DNA from: Candidatus Latescibacterota bacterium
GTDB taxonomy: Bacteria > Krumholzibacteriota > Krumholzibacteriia > WVZY01 > JAKEHA01
Direction of reading: 5' to 3'
Length of the DNA stretch: 64,000 bases
Assembly (NCBI GenBank): GCA_963707635.1
Contig: OY970173.1
Location: forward strand, 2,912,001-2,976,000
A program made the position numbers and the translations under genes. Below, piece after piece: positions 1 to 8,881 of the stretch. Numbering within the stretch: position 1 is the stretch's first letter; every line of letters begins with the position of its first letter. The notes below the pieces were generated by a model. That model had not been told where the DNA came from, did not search any database, and worked only from the letters and a program-made list of their open reading frames with translations.

Positions 1-3000
1 ATGCGCACCAGGTGCTTGTCTCCCGGGCGTTCCCACCGGTACTCGTAGCCGCCGTCGACGAAATACGACCCCGGCCGGCGCGCGCCCAGGCCCGCGGACA
101 GCGATAGGTATTCTTCGTCTTCGCGACCGGAGAGCGAGGTAAACGTCTCGAAGCCGAGAGTCGCGCTAGTCGCCGGTCCCAGCCGGAGCCTCTGCCGAAT
201 CCCGCTCACCGCACCCATGCGCGCGTCGTCCGCCGCGCGGTCCATCGCGTAGCGCGTGTAGGCCTGGGTGCCGCCGGGCGTGGTTCCTTCGACCCCGGCC
301 GTAATCTGATTGGTCGAGGGGCGGCCGCCCGCCGTGAGGTACTCGTGTGTCGCGATGGCGCGAACGCGCTTCGCGAGCGGCACTGCCAACACGGTCTTCA
401 AGCGGTTCGGGTAGTCGTCGACCACCTGGTCGCCCACGTTCTGCTCCCATGTGGTGGAGATCCCGGCGGTGCCGCGATTGCCGACGGTGATGCCGGTGAG
501 CACCAGGACTCCGTTCGCATCCTGCTGCGGCTCGTCGTGGCGCGCGAAGCGCAGCCCGGCCGACATCTCCAGCAAACGCCGGCGATAGTCGAGCGTGGCC
601 CGGGCGGTCTCGCGCTTTTCGTCGGTGCGCTGGAGTTCGTGCGTGTAGCCGTCGGCATTGAGCGCGAGCGACGGGGACAGGGCGAGGCGGCCGTCGAAGC
701 CCGCCTTGAGGCTCGCGAGCTCGCTGTCCGCCCCGCGGAACGACGGATTCACGAAGCCACCGTCGACGCGCCGCAGGTACATGTCGAGCTTGGAGGCCCC
801 GCGTTGCGCGCCGGCGCCGACCTTGTACGCGTTGCCGTTGCCCGTGAGGTCGTCTTCGCTGTGCGCGAACTCGCCGCTGAATCGAGCGGCGCCCAGACGC
901 GCGTCCCCGTCCACACCGAAGAGCGAGTAGCCGGGCGTGTCGCCCCCGTTCGCCACTGCGGTCACGCCGGCGCGATATCGGCTCCCCTGCACGACGTCGC
1001 CGCGCATGCCGTACAGGTACGCGCCGCTCACACCGGTCTCGGTCTCGTAGGTCACGGCAACGAAATTCGGGTTGAGCTCGCGGTCGGTCACCGCCACCGG
1101 CTCCATGAAGAGAATCGAGCCGTCGTAGGGGTTGATCGTGTAATCGCGCCGGCGAATCATGACCCGGGCCTCGAGGACTTCTTCCGTCTGGTAGCGATCG
1201 CGCGTCTCGACGATCACGCGCTCCGAGTTCTCGACGATCGGGGCGCTCGACAGGTAGTAGAACCCGCTGGTGCCGTCGGCGGGCATCTCGTCGGTGCGCG
1301 TGACGAAATCGGTTTCGGTCACGAACGCGCGCACGCTGTTCGCCCCGCTGGTGAGCGAAGCCGACAACCCCGTCACCACCTGGTGGTAGGTGAGAAACTC
1401 CCCGCGATCGATCGGGGTGGTGAAGTCGCCGTAGCGCAGGTACGATTGTTCGCGGTCGATCGACACGTAGTTGCCGCCGCGCGCGGGCGCGGCGTAGTGC
1501 ACCGACGACGCGTCGCCGTAGATCGGATACTGCTTCTCCGGATCGGGTTGCTTGAGCAACGGGTCGTCGTAACGCTTCTTGGTGTCGAGCCGGGCGGTGA
1601 CCTGGACCCCGCCCGGCGCGGCCCCCTGGACGAAGAGGCGCGACTCGGCTTCCACGTCGAAGCCATCGTGGTAGTTCGCCACCCCCTGCCCGCTGCCGTC
1701 GCCGCGCGTGTCGTACGCACCCATGGTGACGTCGACGATGCCGTCGGCCAGAAACGGACGCTCGGGGTTGACGAATACGACCTCCGTCTCCGCCCGCATT
1801 CCGTCCATCTCCACCGCCACCCGCCCACCGCCGGTCGCGTGCCGTGGCTTCAGGACCAGATTCACGATTCCCTCGCTGGTGGTCGCCTGCAGCCCGCGCT
1901 CGTCGGGCCGCGCGTCCGCGAGCGCGACCAGGTCCGCGCCCTCCGCGACCGTGACGACGATGCCGTCCATCACCGGCAGCCCGAACCCGTCGCGCACCGC
2001 GAAACGCAACGTGGTCGCGGTGTGGCCGTCCGCCGGAACCAGCGCGCGCGCGTCGAGCGGCACGAGCTCCGCCGGTTTCGACGAAAGCGCGACCCGCACG
2101 CTGTCGGACGCCTCGCCTCCGCGCAGCATGGTGGCGTGCGCGATCAGGTCATTCCAACCCGCGCGCACCCGCACGCCGAACCAGGTCGTGGTCTCTTCCT
2201 GGTGCGCGACGTCCACCGTGTGCTGCCCGACGCGGTCCTCGCCGACCAGTTCGTCGTTGACGCGCAACTCCACGCGGCTCCCGAGCGGATGGCGGACACG
2301 CACTGCCACCTGGTCCCGATCCCGCACGACCAAGCCGTCGTTCGGTTCGAGGATGGTGACGAGGCTGGCAGCCCCGGGTGGCGCCGGAGCGGGGTCCCCG
2401 GCGGGGACCAGGGCGATCTTCGCCGGGGCCGCGATTTCGGTCCACGAGAGCGCGTCGAACACCGCGCCCGGCGCGATCGCCGCGGTGCGCACGCCGGGTC
2501 GGACGACGGTCGTGTGCACGGAGCCCGAGTCGCCCGCCGCGGAATCGACCAGGGCAATCGCCGCGGTGACGTCGCGAACCAGGTGCGTATCCGGAGTCGC
2601 CGCGGTGAATGCGACCTGGCAATCGATGGCCCGTCCGCGTCTGAGCGACTCGAAGCTGAAGACGCCGCCGTCGGATGGCAGCGGGACCCGGTCGAGAAGC
2701 GCGCTGACGGTCACGTCCCCGAGCCCTTGCGGAACCTCGACCCGGAGGGTGCCGCGCTGGGTGTGTTCCGAGGTGGTGGTGAATCTCCAGCGCACGGTGG
2801 TGCGCGAGGAATCCGGCAACACCGAGAGATCGCGGACCGCGTGGCCGACGCGCAGCGTCGGGTCCGCGCCGTCGGCGGATGGCGGAATGAAACTCACCTC
2901 GACGCGGCGGTTGAAGCTGCGCCCGTCAGGCGTACCGTTGCCCGCCACCGGCCGGGTGTCCCCGTAACCGCGCACGACGATCCGGTCTCCGTCCACCCCC

Positions 3001-5138
3001 ATCGCGACGAGGGCGTCGCGCACCGCTTCGGCGCGCGCCACCGACAGCTCGTAGTTCGACGGGAAACGCCTGCTGCGCATCGGCGTGTTGTCGGTGTGGC
3101 CTTCGACCAGAGCCGCCCAGCCCGGACGGTCGAGCAGAAAGGCCGCCACCGGTCGCAGCCCCCGGTCCGCACCGACGACCAGCGACGCCTGGCCGAAGTC
3201 GAACTGCGAGCTTGGCAGCGTGAACTCGCCGAGCCGCACCCGTCGCGCGACGCTGACCCGCTCTTCGCACGCGAGCAGCGCGGTACGCGTGAGCGGCGGC
3301 ACCACCGGTTTGCGCAGCGGGAAGGCGACGCGCGCGTGGGCCGGAGCGATCAGGTGCACGAGACGCTCGTTGGGCCGGGGGGCGTGGCCGTCGCCCACAG
3401 CGGGTTCCACCAGTTCGACGCCGGCCGGGAGCGTTCCCTCGTCGAGGCGCACCAGGCGGTAGCCCTCGAACACGTGCGGAATCGAGAAGACTCCCAGCGA
3501 GTCGGTCACCGCGTACTCGCCGCTCTCGAGGTAGACCGAGACGTTCCCCACCCCGGGCTCGCCGGGGTCGCGGTCCCCGTCGCCGTCGTCGTCGATCCAC
3601 ACGTCACCGAGCAGAAAGCCCTCGATGCCAACTTCCTCGTTGTCGATGCGAATGGCGGCGACCACCGGCGCCGTTTCGACCGGATCGCCGGTCACTGCGC
3701 TGCCACGCGCCACCCCCGACACGCTGGCCCAGCCGTTGGGCTCGCGGCTGTTCACCGCGAACTTGACCGAGGTGGTGCGCGTCTCGCCGGGAGCCAGCGA
3801 CCCGACGGCCCACGAGAGCTGGTTCCCCGACCACGCCACCCCGCCCCCGGAGAGAAAATCGAGCGCCGGCGGCACCGACTCGGCGACGCGCACGTTGTCG
3901 ACGCGGATCGAGTCGGTGCGGTTGGTCGCGGTAACCACCATGGTCACGACGTCGCCCAACGACGCGGTCGCCTGCCGGAACGTCTGCTCGAGGCCGATCA
4001 TCGTGCGCGGATCGGGCACCGCCGCCAGGGCGAGCCGGCACGTCGTCCGGTTCGTGACCAGCGTGTCGAGGCGCGACTGCGCGGTGAAATCGAACGCGCG
4101 TATCGCGCCGAGCGCTGTGCGCAGCGGCGTCCCCGGGCTCGACACGACGAGGCGAAGCGACTTGATCTCTCCGGGCGCGAACGCGCCCACCAGGAACTTC
4201 CCGGGTTGCGGAGCCGGCGGGAACGGCACCCCGTTCACGTCCGTGCACACGACGCCGACGCCCGGCGGAAACGCGGCGGACGCGAATACCACCACGCTGT
4301 CGGCGTCGCCGGCGTTCTCGATGTCACCCGCGAAGGTCACGGTGTCATCCAGCACGCCGATGCCGACGGTTGACGCGTCGTCGGGCGATCCCTCGCCCCC
4401 GGGCAACGCGCGCGGGTTTCCCGCCGGCCCGAAGAACACCGCGGACACGAGCGCGCGACTGGTCACACGCACCACGGTCGCATCCGTCACGGGGGCCTGC
4501 GGCGCGAAAGCGGCGGCCGCGACACCGGGATCCCACGCGGAGGTCGCGCGCAGCTCGACGTACGCATCTCCCGCCGGGGCGGGCAGCACGAGTGCGACAT
4601 CCACCGGTGTCGAGAGACCCGCGCCGACCACGAGGAACGACGGGTTGTCTTCGCCCGCATCCAGCCGCCCATTCGCGTTGGCATCGCGGAAGAAGATCAC
4701 CGTCGCGGGCGAGATGGTCGAGGGTGGGAGACTCGTGGTCGACATCGCGACCGAGTCGGGCGCGTTGCCGAGGTTGTCGAGCGACAGCCGGCAGTAGACC
4801 GTATCGAACGGAGCCGCCTGCAGCGCGTACGCGGGCGTTGCCACCGTTCCCGGCGGAGTGATACGCAGGCCAAAGATCGTGAGTACGGGCGTGGAGACGG
4901 TGTTCGAGCCCGTCGCATTCACGTTCCCGGTGTCGGTGAAGACCGTCTGGGCGGTGTTCCGGATGTCGGTACCGCCGGGTGTGACCTGAGCGTGTGCGGG
5001 TTTCGAAGGCCAAAAAGCCAGCACGAACAGCAGCGCGAACAAGACGTAACGCGTTGCAGAAAAACGAAAAACGGCGAGTCCCCCCGCCGCGTTTACTGCC
5101 CGCCGCCAGTCGAAATTCTGCCGCGCTAGAGCCTTCAT
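1..5138 (-). CDS. Very large outer-membrane protein (>=1712 aa, 3' end outside window): signal peptide, N-terminal TPGGTDIRNTA extension, Ig/DUF11-like domains, SdrD-B-like domain, OmpA-C peptidoglycan-binding domain, C-terminal putative beta-barrel
   Basis: Hand translation from ATG 5138 (MKALARQNF...FALLFVLAFWPSKPAHA-QVTPGGTDIRNTA); the frame is still open at position 3 (...KHLVR). Motifs: GDVWIDDDGDGDRDPGEPGV (SdrD-B-like), VEGHTDN...SNYELSVARAEAV...GYGDTRP...NRRVEV (OmpA-C), YPIYGDAS...YGDF and alternating beta-strand patterns downstream. Absent from the ORF track because there is no stop; the + strand ORF 345..4373 is its antisense shadow. Start codon uncertain. Confidence 0.85.
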   Translation of the reverse strand, partial: MKALARQNFDWRRAVNAAGGLAVFRFSATRYVLFALLFVLAFWPSKPAHAQVTPGGTDIRNTAQTVFTDTGNVNATGSNTVSTPVLTIFGLRITPPGTVATPAYALQAAPFDTVYCRLSLDNLGNAPDSVAMSTTSLPPSTISPATVIFFRDANANGRLDAGEDNPSFLVVGAGLSTPVDVALVLPAPAGDAYVELRATSAWDPGVAAAAFAPQAPVTDATVVRVTSRALVSAVFFGPAGNPRALPGGEGSPDDASTVGIGVLDDTVTFAGDIENAGDADSVVVFASAAFPPGVGVVCTDVNGVPFPPAPQPGKFLVGAFAPGEIKSLRLVVSSPGTPLRTALGAIRAFDFTAQSRLDTLVTNRTTCRLALAAVPDPRTMIGLEQTFRQATASLGDVVTMVVTATNRTDSIRVDNVRVAESVPPALDFLSGGGVAWSGNQLSWAVGSLAPGETRTTSVKFAVNSREPNGWASVSGVARGSAVTGDPVETAPVVAAIRIDNEEVGIEGFLLGDVWIDDDGDGDRDPGEPGVGNVSVYLESGEYAVTDSLGVFSIPHVFEGYRLVRLDEGTLPAGVELVEPAVGDGHAPRPNERLVHLIAPAHARVAFPLRKPVVPPLTRTALLACEERVSVARRVRLGEFTLPSSQFDFGQASLVVGADRGLRPVAAFLLDRPGWAALVEGHTDNTPMRSRRFPSNYELSVARAEAVRDALVAMGVDGDRIVVRGYGDTRPVAGNGTPDGRSFNRRVEVSFIPPSADGADPTLRVGHAVRDLSVLPDSSRTTVRWRFTTTSEHTQRGTLRVEVPQGLGDVTVSALLDRVPLPSDGGVFSFESLRRGRAIDCQVAFTAATPDTHLVRDVTAAIALVDSAAGDSGSVHTTVVRPGVRTAAIAPGAVFDALSWTEIAAPAKIALVPAGDPAPAPPGAASLVTILEPNDGLVVRDRDQVAVRVRHPLGSRVELRVNDELVGEDRVGQHTVDVAHQEETTTWFGVRVRAGWNDLIAHATMLRGGEASDSVRVALSSKPAELVPLDARALVPADGHTATTLRFAVRDGFGLPVMDGIVVTVAEGADLVALADARPDERGLQATTSEGIVNLVLKPRHATGGGRVAVEMDGMRAETEVVFVNPERPFLADGIVDVTMGAYDTRGDGSGQGVANYHDGFDVEAESRLFVQGAAPGGVQVTARLDTKKRYDDPLLKQPDPEKQYPIYGDASSVHYAAPARGGNYVSIDREQSYLRYGDFTTPIDRGEFLTYHQVVTGLSASLTSGANSVRAFVTETDFVTRTDEMPADGTSGFYYLSSAPIVENSERVIVETRDRYQTEEVLEARVMIRRRDYTINPYDGSILFMEPVAVTDRELNPNFVAVTYETETGVSGAYLYGMRGDVVQGSRYRAGVTAVANGGDTPGYSLFGVDGDARLGAARFSGEFAHSEDDLTGNGNAYKVGAGAQRGASKLDMYLRRVDGGFVNPSFRGADSELASLKAGFDGRLALSPSLALNADGYTHELQRTDEKRETARATLDYRRRLLEMSAGLRFARHDEPQQDANGVLVLTGITVGNRGTAGISTTWEQNVGDQVVDDYPNRLKTVLAVPLAKRVRAIATHEYLTAGGRPSTNQITAGVEGTTPGGTQAYTRYAMDRAADDARMGAVSGIRQRLRLGPATSATLGFETFTSLSGREDEEYLSLSAGLGARRPGSYFVDGGYEYRWERPGDKHLVR

Positions 5139-5152
5139 CGCATATAACACGT

Positions 5153-5205
5153 TCGGCCGGCGCACGCGGGGGAGCCGTGTGGGCTCCACCCGCATGCGCG
5201 GCCGA
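5153..5205 (-). terminator. Strong intergenic stem-loop between the fibre-subunit gene and the outer-membrane protein gene
   Basis: Pairings tcggcc/ggccga, gcgca/tgcgc, gcggg/cccgc and ggagcc/ggctcc around a 5-nt loop; the C/A mismatch becomes a G-U pair in the minus-strand RNA. No clear U-tail, so it may be a stabiliser or attenuator. Confidence 0.55.
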
Positions 5206-5234
5206 CGTAAGGGGCCGCTATCGAAAGAAAGCGG

Positions 5235-7935
5235 CTACTGAATCCGGACTGTGAACCCGACCCCGGAGGTCGAGCTCGCACCGGCCAGGAGACTCCCCGT
5301 GAACACCCAGCGCACGTTGGTCACGTTCGCGTCGTATCCCGCCGGAGCTCCCCCGCCGCCGCTCGCCGGCGCGTAGGTCCAGGTGGCTCCGCTGTCGTCG
5401 GAATACTCGATCGCGATGGCGGTGACCGACGCCGGCGCCGTGCCGCTCGTCGCCGAACCCACCTGGAATTGCGTCCAGGTCGGAACCGCGTCGTAGATGG
5501 CGATCGTCGTGAGCGTCGAGCTGCCGAGGTTCTGGTAGTCCACGGTGTATGCGAGATCGGTCCCCGGCGCCTGAGCGCCCGCCGGGCTCACCGCCTTCGT
5601 CAACACCAGGTTGCCCGCCACGATGGTCGTGACGTCGGTGGCGTTGTCGGAGGCGAGGGTGACCTGACCGGTCGCCGTGAGCACCCCGATCTCGACCGTC
5701 CCCACCGTCGCCCCGGCCGGCACCGTGAGGCGCGCGGTCACGCTCGCACTCGCGCCCGGCGCGAGAGTCACGCTCGAAATCGGCGTGCTCGTCACGTCGA
5801 GGAACACGTAGCTCCAGCCCTGCGAGGAGACGTAGGTCAGGTCGAAGGTGTCACCGACATTGCCGTTGTTGGTCACCGTGTGCGCATACGTGATGGTCCC
5901 GCCGGCGGTGGTGTTGCCCGCGTTGTCGGGGTCGAAGAGCACCGACGCCAGCGTGTTCACCGTCACCGTGTTGGCGATGGTGTCGCTTTGCGTCGCGTTG
6001 ACCGTCGACGTGGCCGTAAACGAGGTTCCGTTGACGCCCGGCGCGGTGCCCGCGGGCACCGCCACGCGCGCGATGAGGTTGGTCTCGGCTCCGGAAGCAA
6101 CCACACCCGTCGAGGTGATCGGCGACACTTCGCCGGCGTCGAGGATGCCGTTGCCGTTCGCGTCGAGATAGAACACGACCGTCCAACCCGCGGGGACGGA
6201 CGAGGACAGCGTGAAGTTGTCGCTCGAACCGCCGCCGTTGATCACGTCGAGCGCGAAGTCGACCGACGCGCCCGGGTTGGTGTTCTGATTCACCGACGCG
6301 TTGTTGGTGGTTCCCGCCGCGCCGTCATAGTTGCCGATGTCCACCGTCGCGGGCAGTACCGCGTCGATGCGATCGGTGGTCAGGTTGTCCTCGGCCGGGG
6401 TGTTCGCGGACTGCGCGCGCACCACGGCGGCGAACGGGCCACCGGCCCCCTGCGAACCGGGAATGACCACCCGCACGACGATGTCGATCGACGCTCCCGT
6501 CGCGAGCGGGCCCACGTCGACGTTGCCGTCGAAGTCGGAATCCGAAAGCGGCGTGATGCCGTCATTGTGATAGAACAGCACCGACCACGAGCCGGGCACC
6601 GTCGACGAGCCATCGAGCACCACGTTGACCGCGTCGTTCGTGTTGCCGTCGTTGCGAATCGTGTTGGTGAAGTCGACCGACGTGTTGGCGTACGCGCTGG
6701 CGACACTCTGCAGGTCGTCGTCGTAGTTCGGCGGCGTTCCGGCGTCGGGGACGCCGGCCGGGCCGATCACCACTCCCGCGAGGATGCCGACGGTCACCGG
6801 CGCGTTGTTCGACGTGACGATGGTCGGGTTCGGCGTCACCACGTTGTTGTCGACGTAGGCCAGCGCCGCGGTGTTGTTCAACACGCCCGGCGTCATCCCC
6901 GCGACCACCGTGACCTGGTACGAGAACGAGTAGCTCTGCCCCGGCACGATGGCGCCGTTGGTCACGTACGCCACCGCGATGTCGCCGAAACCCGCCGCCA
7001 GCGACCAGTTCCACGTCTCAGGGCTCCCGGCGGTCGAGCTTCCGCTGGGCAGGTACAGGACCGTCCCGCCCGCGGGCGAGCCCGTCGGCGCCCCGAAGAC
7101 CGGGAGTGGATTGCCCGAGCCCGGATTCAGCGGGATCACGTCGTACATCAGAACACCCGTGAGGGCGACCGACCCGACGGTGACGCCGTTGGCGTTGTTG
7201 GTTCCGGAGTTCGATGCCCGTGAAGGTGTAGCTGATCTGGTCGCCGTCGTAGACCAGCGCGGGGGCACCCGTGAGGTTGGCCGTCATGACGGCGTCGTCC
7301 ACCACCGTGGTGCGGTGGTAGTTGCGCGTATCGATCTGACCCGCGTCACCCACGGACGTGCCCTGCACGCCGACGTAGGCGAGCTGGCCCGCGGTCGCGG
7401 TGCCCGGCACCGCGTAGGTGACGATAAGGCTCACCGACGTGCTGGCCGCGACCGGACCGAGGACGCCCGGTACCCCGCCGACGCTGATCGCCGGCTCGCC
7501 GCCGTCGACCACGCCGTTGCCGTTGATGTCGTGATAGATCGACACGTTCGCCAGCGCGATGGTCATGGTCGTGTTGACCGCATCGACCAGCGGCGCCAGC
7601 GTGTAGCTGTCGTTGTCGTTACCGGTGTTGGTGAGCGTATAGCTGTAGAACAGCGTCTGTCCGCCGATCGCGTTCTGGCTCATCGCCGGCGTGACCGGTG
7701 GCGTCTCTCCCGAATCGTCGGGAAGGATCGAGATGCCGTAGACCGGCAGCACCACTGTAATGACTTCGTTCGAAAGCGCGGTGTAGCTGTTGCCGACCAG
7801 GTCCTCGTAGGTCGCGGACGCGCGATTGCGAATCTGCGTCCCCGCCGGCGTCGTCTGCGCGAACGCAGCCGCCACGGAGAGCACGAGCACGAGGGTCAGG
7901 ACGAGCGGGAGGATCAGAAGGTGTCTGGTTTTCAT
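5235..7935 (-). CDS. Secreted multi-Ig-domain DUF11 (conserved repeat domain) protein, ~899 aa after correcting a +1 frameshift at 7217-7219; candidate fibre subunit
   Basis: ORFs 7018..7935 (signal peptide MKTRHLLILPLVLTLVLVLSVAAAFA-QTTPAGTQIRNRASATY) and 5235..7268 join as ...QISYTFT(A)SNSGTNN... if one G of ACGGGCA is removed. Repeated Y/FxxTxxNxGNxxDxxxL modules, DxNGNGxxDxGE Ca-binding-type loops, two DUF11-like domains. SD AGGAGG overlaps the upstream stop codon. Confidence 0.85.
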
Positions 7936-7947
7936 CTTCGGTTCCTC

Positions 7948-8433
7948 CTACTTGACCGTGGCCCGGTACGAGAACGTGATCTCGTCTTCGGGCTTCAGGC
8001 CGCCGGACAGCGTCCAGCGAATGTGGGTGATCATGTCCGGCGTCGCGTCCGCCCAGACCTCACGACCGTCGGCCGCCGCTTTCTTGAAGCGAACGGGCCA
8101 GGCGTGGAAGGTCTTGCCGCTGTCGATGCTGAACTGCACCGAACCTGCAGCCGGAGCCTTCGCGGTCTTTTCGACGTACTGGACGCCGGCGGGAACCGGG
8201 TCGACGATTGACACGTTGTGGACGGCCTCGGCGCCACCGTTGGCGTACGTCAGCCGGTATTCGATGACGTCCTGCGGACGGGCTTCGTCTGCAGGCAGGT
8301 AGACTTCCTCGCCGCGCTCGCCGACGATGACCTTCCGGGCTTCGATGGTGCCCGTGACAGGACCGGCGGCAGTGGCAGCGAGCGACGTGATCAGTCCGCC
8401 AACAAGGGCGAACAGGAAGAAAACGCGACGCAA
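7948..8433 (-). CDS. Small secreted single DUF11-like domain protein (161 aa), C-terminally truncated domain
   Basis: TTG start at 8433 with AGGAGG 7 nt upstream; signal peptide; PQDVIEYRLTYANGG...VSIVDPVPAGVQYV...THIRWTL...FSYRATVK-stop. Confidence 0.85.
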   Translation of the reverse strand: MRRVFFLFALVGGLITSLAATAAGPVTGTIEARKVIVGERGEEVYLPADEARPQDVIEYRLTYANGGAEAVHNVSIVDPVPAGVQYVEKTAKAPAAGSVQFSIDSGKTFHAWPVRFKKAAADGREVWADATPDMITHIRWTLSGGLKPEDEITFSYRATVK

Positions 8434-8845
8434 GGTGGAACCTCCTGAGTATCGAGAAGCCCACGCATCGGCGCGGGCGCACTCCTCCCATGCAAACCCG
8501 CGCGTCGGGCGCAGGCGCAACTTCTCGCGGGAGCCCGGGGGCAAGGGACGTTCCAGTCGTGGCCGGAAAGGGCGGGATGTTCCCGATGGAAGCGGATGAG
8601 GGAGGAATGTGGCGTCGCGGCGCGGCTTACGCGCGGTGACGGAGTGGCCGTCGGTGCCGCCACCGGGCGCATGACGGACTATCGCGCCCGCGAATGGTTG
8701 TCACTCCGCAATGCGGGCGCAGGGGGCCTTGCAATGTGCAATTCTTCCCAGTCGGGGGTGGCGCGCCAGGTGAGTCGGGACCAGCACGTCGTTCTCCGAG
8801 GAGCGCCGGGGGTCAACCTACAATATTCTAACGGCTTATGAATTG

Positions 8846-8875
8846 TTGAAAATTATACATAGCCTGTCCTATATT
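8846..8875 (+). promoter_or_regulatory. Sigma70-like promoter for the two-component operon
   Basis: TTGAAA-N18-TATATT in an AT-rich patch; ATG 8882 follows 6 nt after the -10 box. Confidence 0.5.
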
Positions 8876-8881
8876 CTGCAC

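Noticed and set aside
345..4373. 1342-aa + strand ORF
   Set aside because: Codon-register antisense shadow of the real minus-strand outer-membrane gene; Arg/His/Val-rich with no recognisable motifs.
7211..7225. Programmed frameshift or phase variation in the DUF11 gene
   Set aside because: Only a 3-nt run; no slippery heptamer or simple-sequence repeat.
8434..8830. Riboswitch (e.g. c-di-GMP) or sigma54 promoter ahead of the DUF11 operon
   Set aside because: I could not find the conserved riboswitch motifs, and the TTTGCA near 8490 lacks GG at the -24 position. An Infernal or PWM scan would be needed to exclude them fully.
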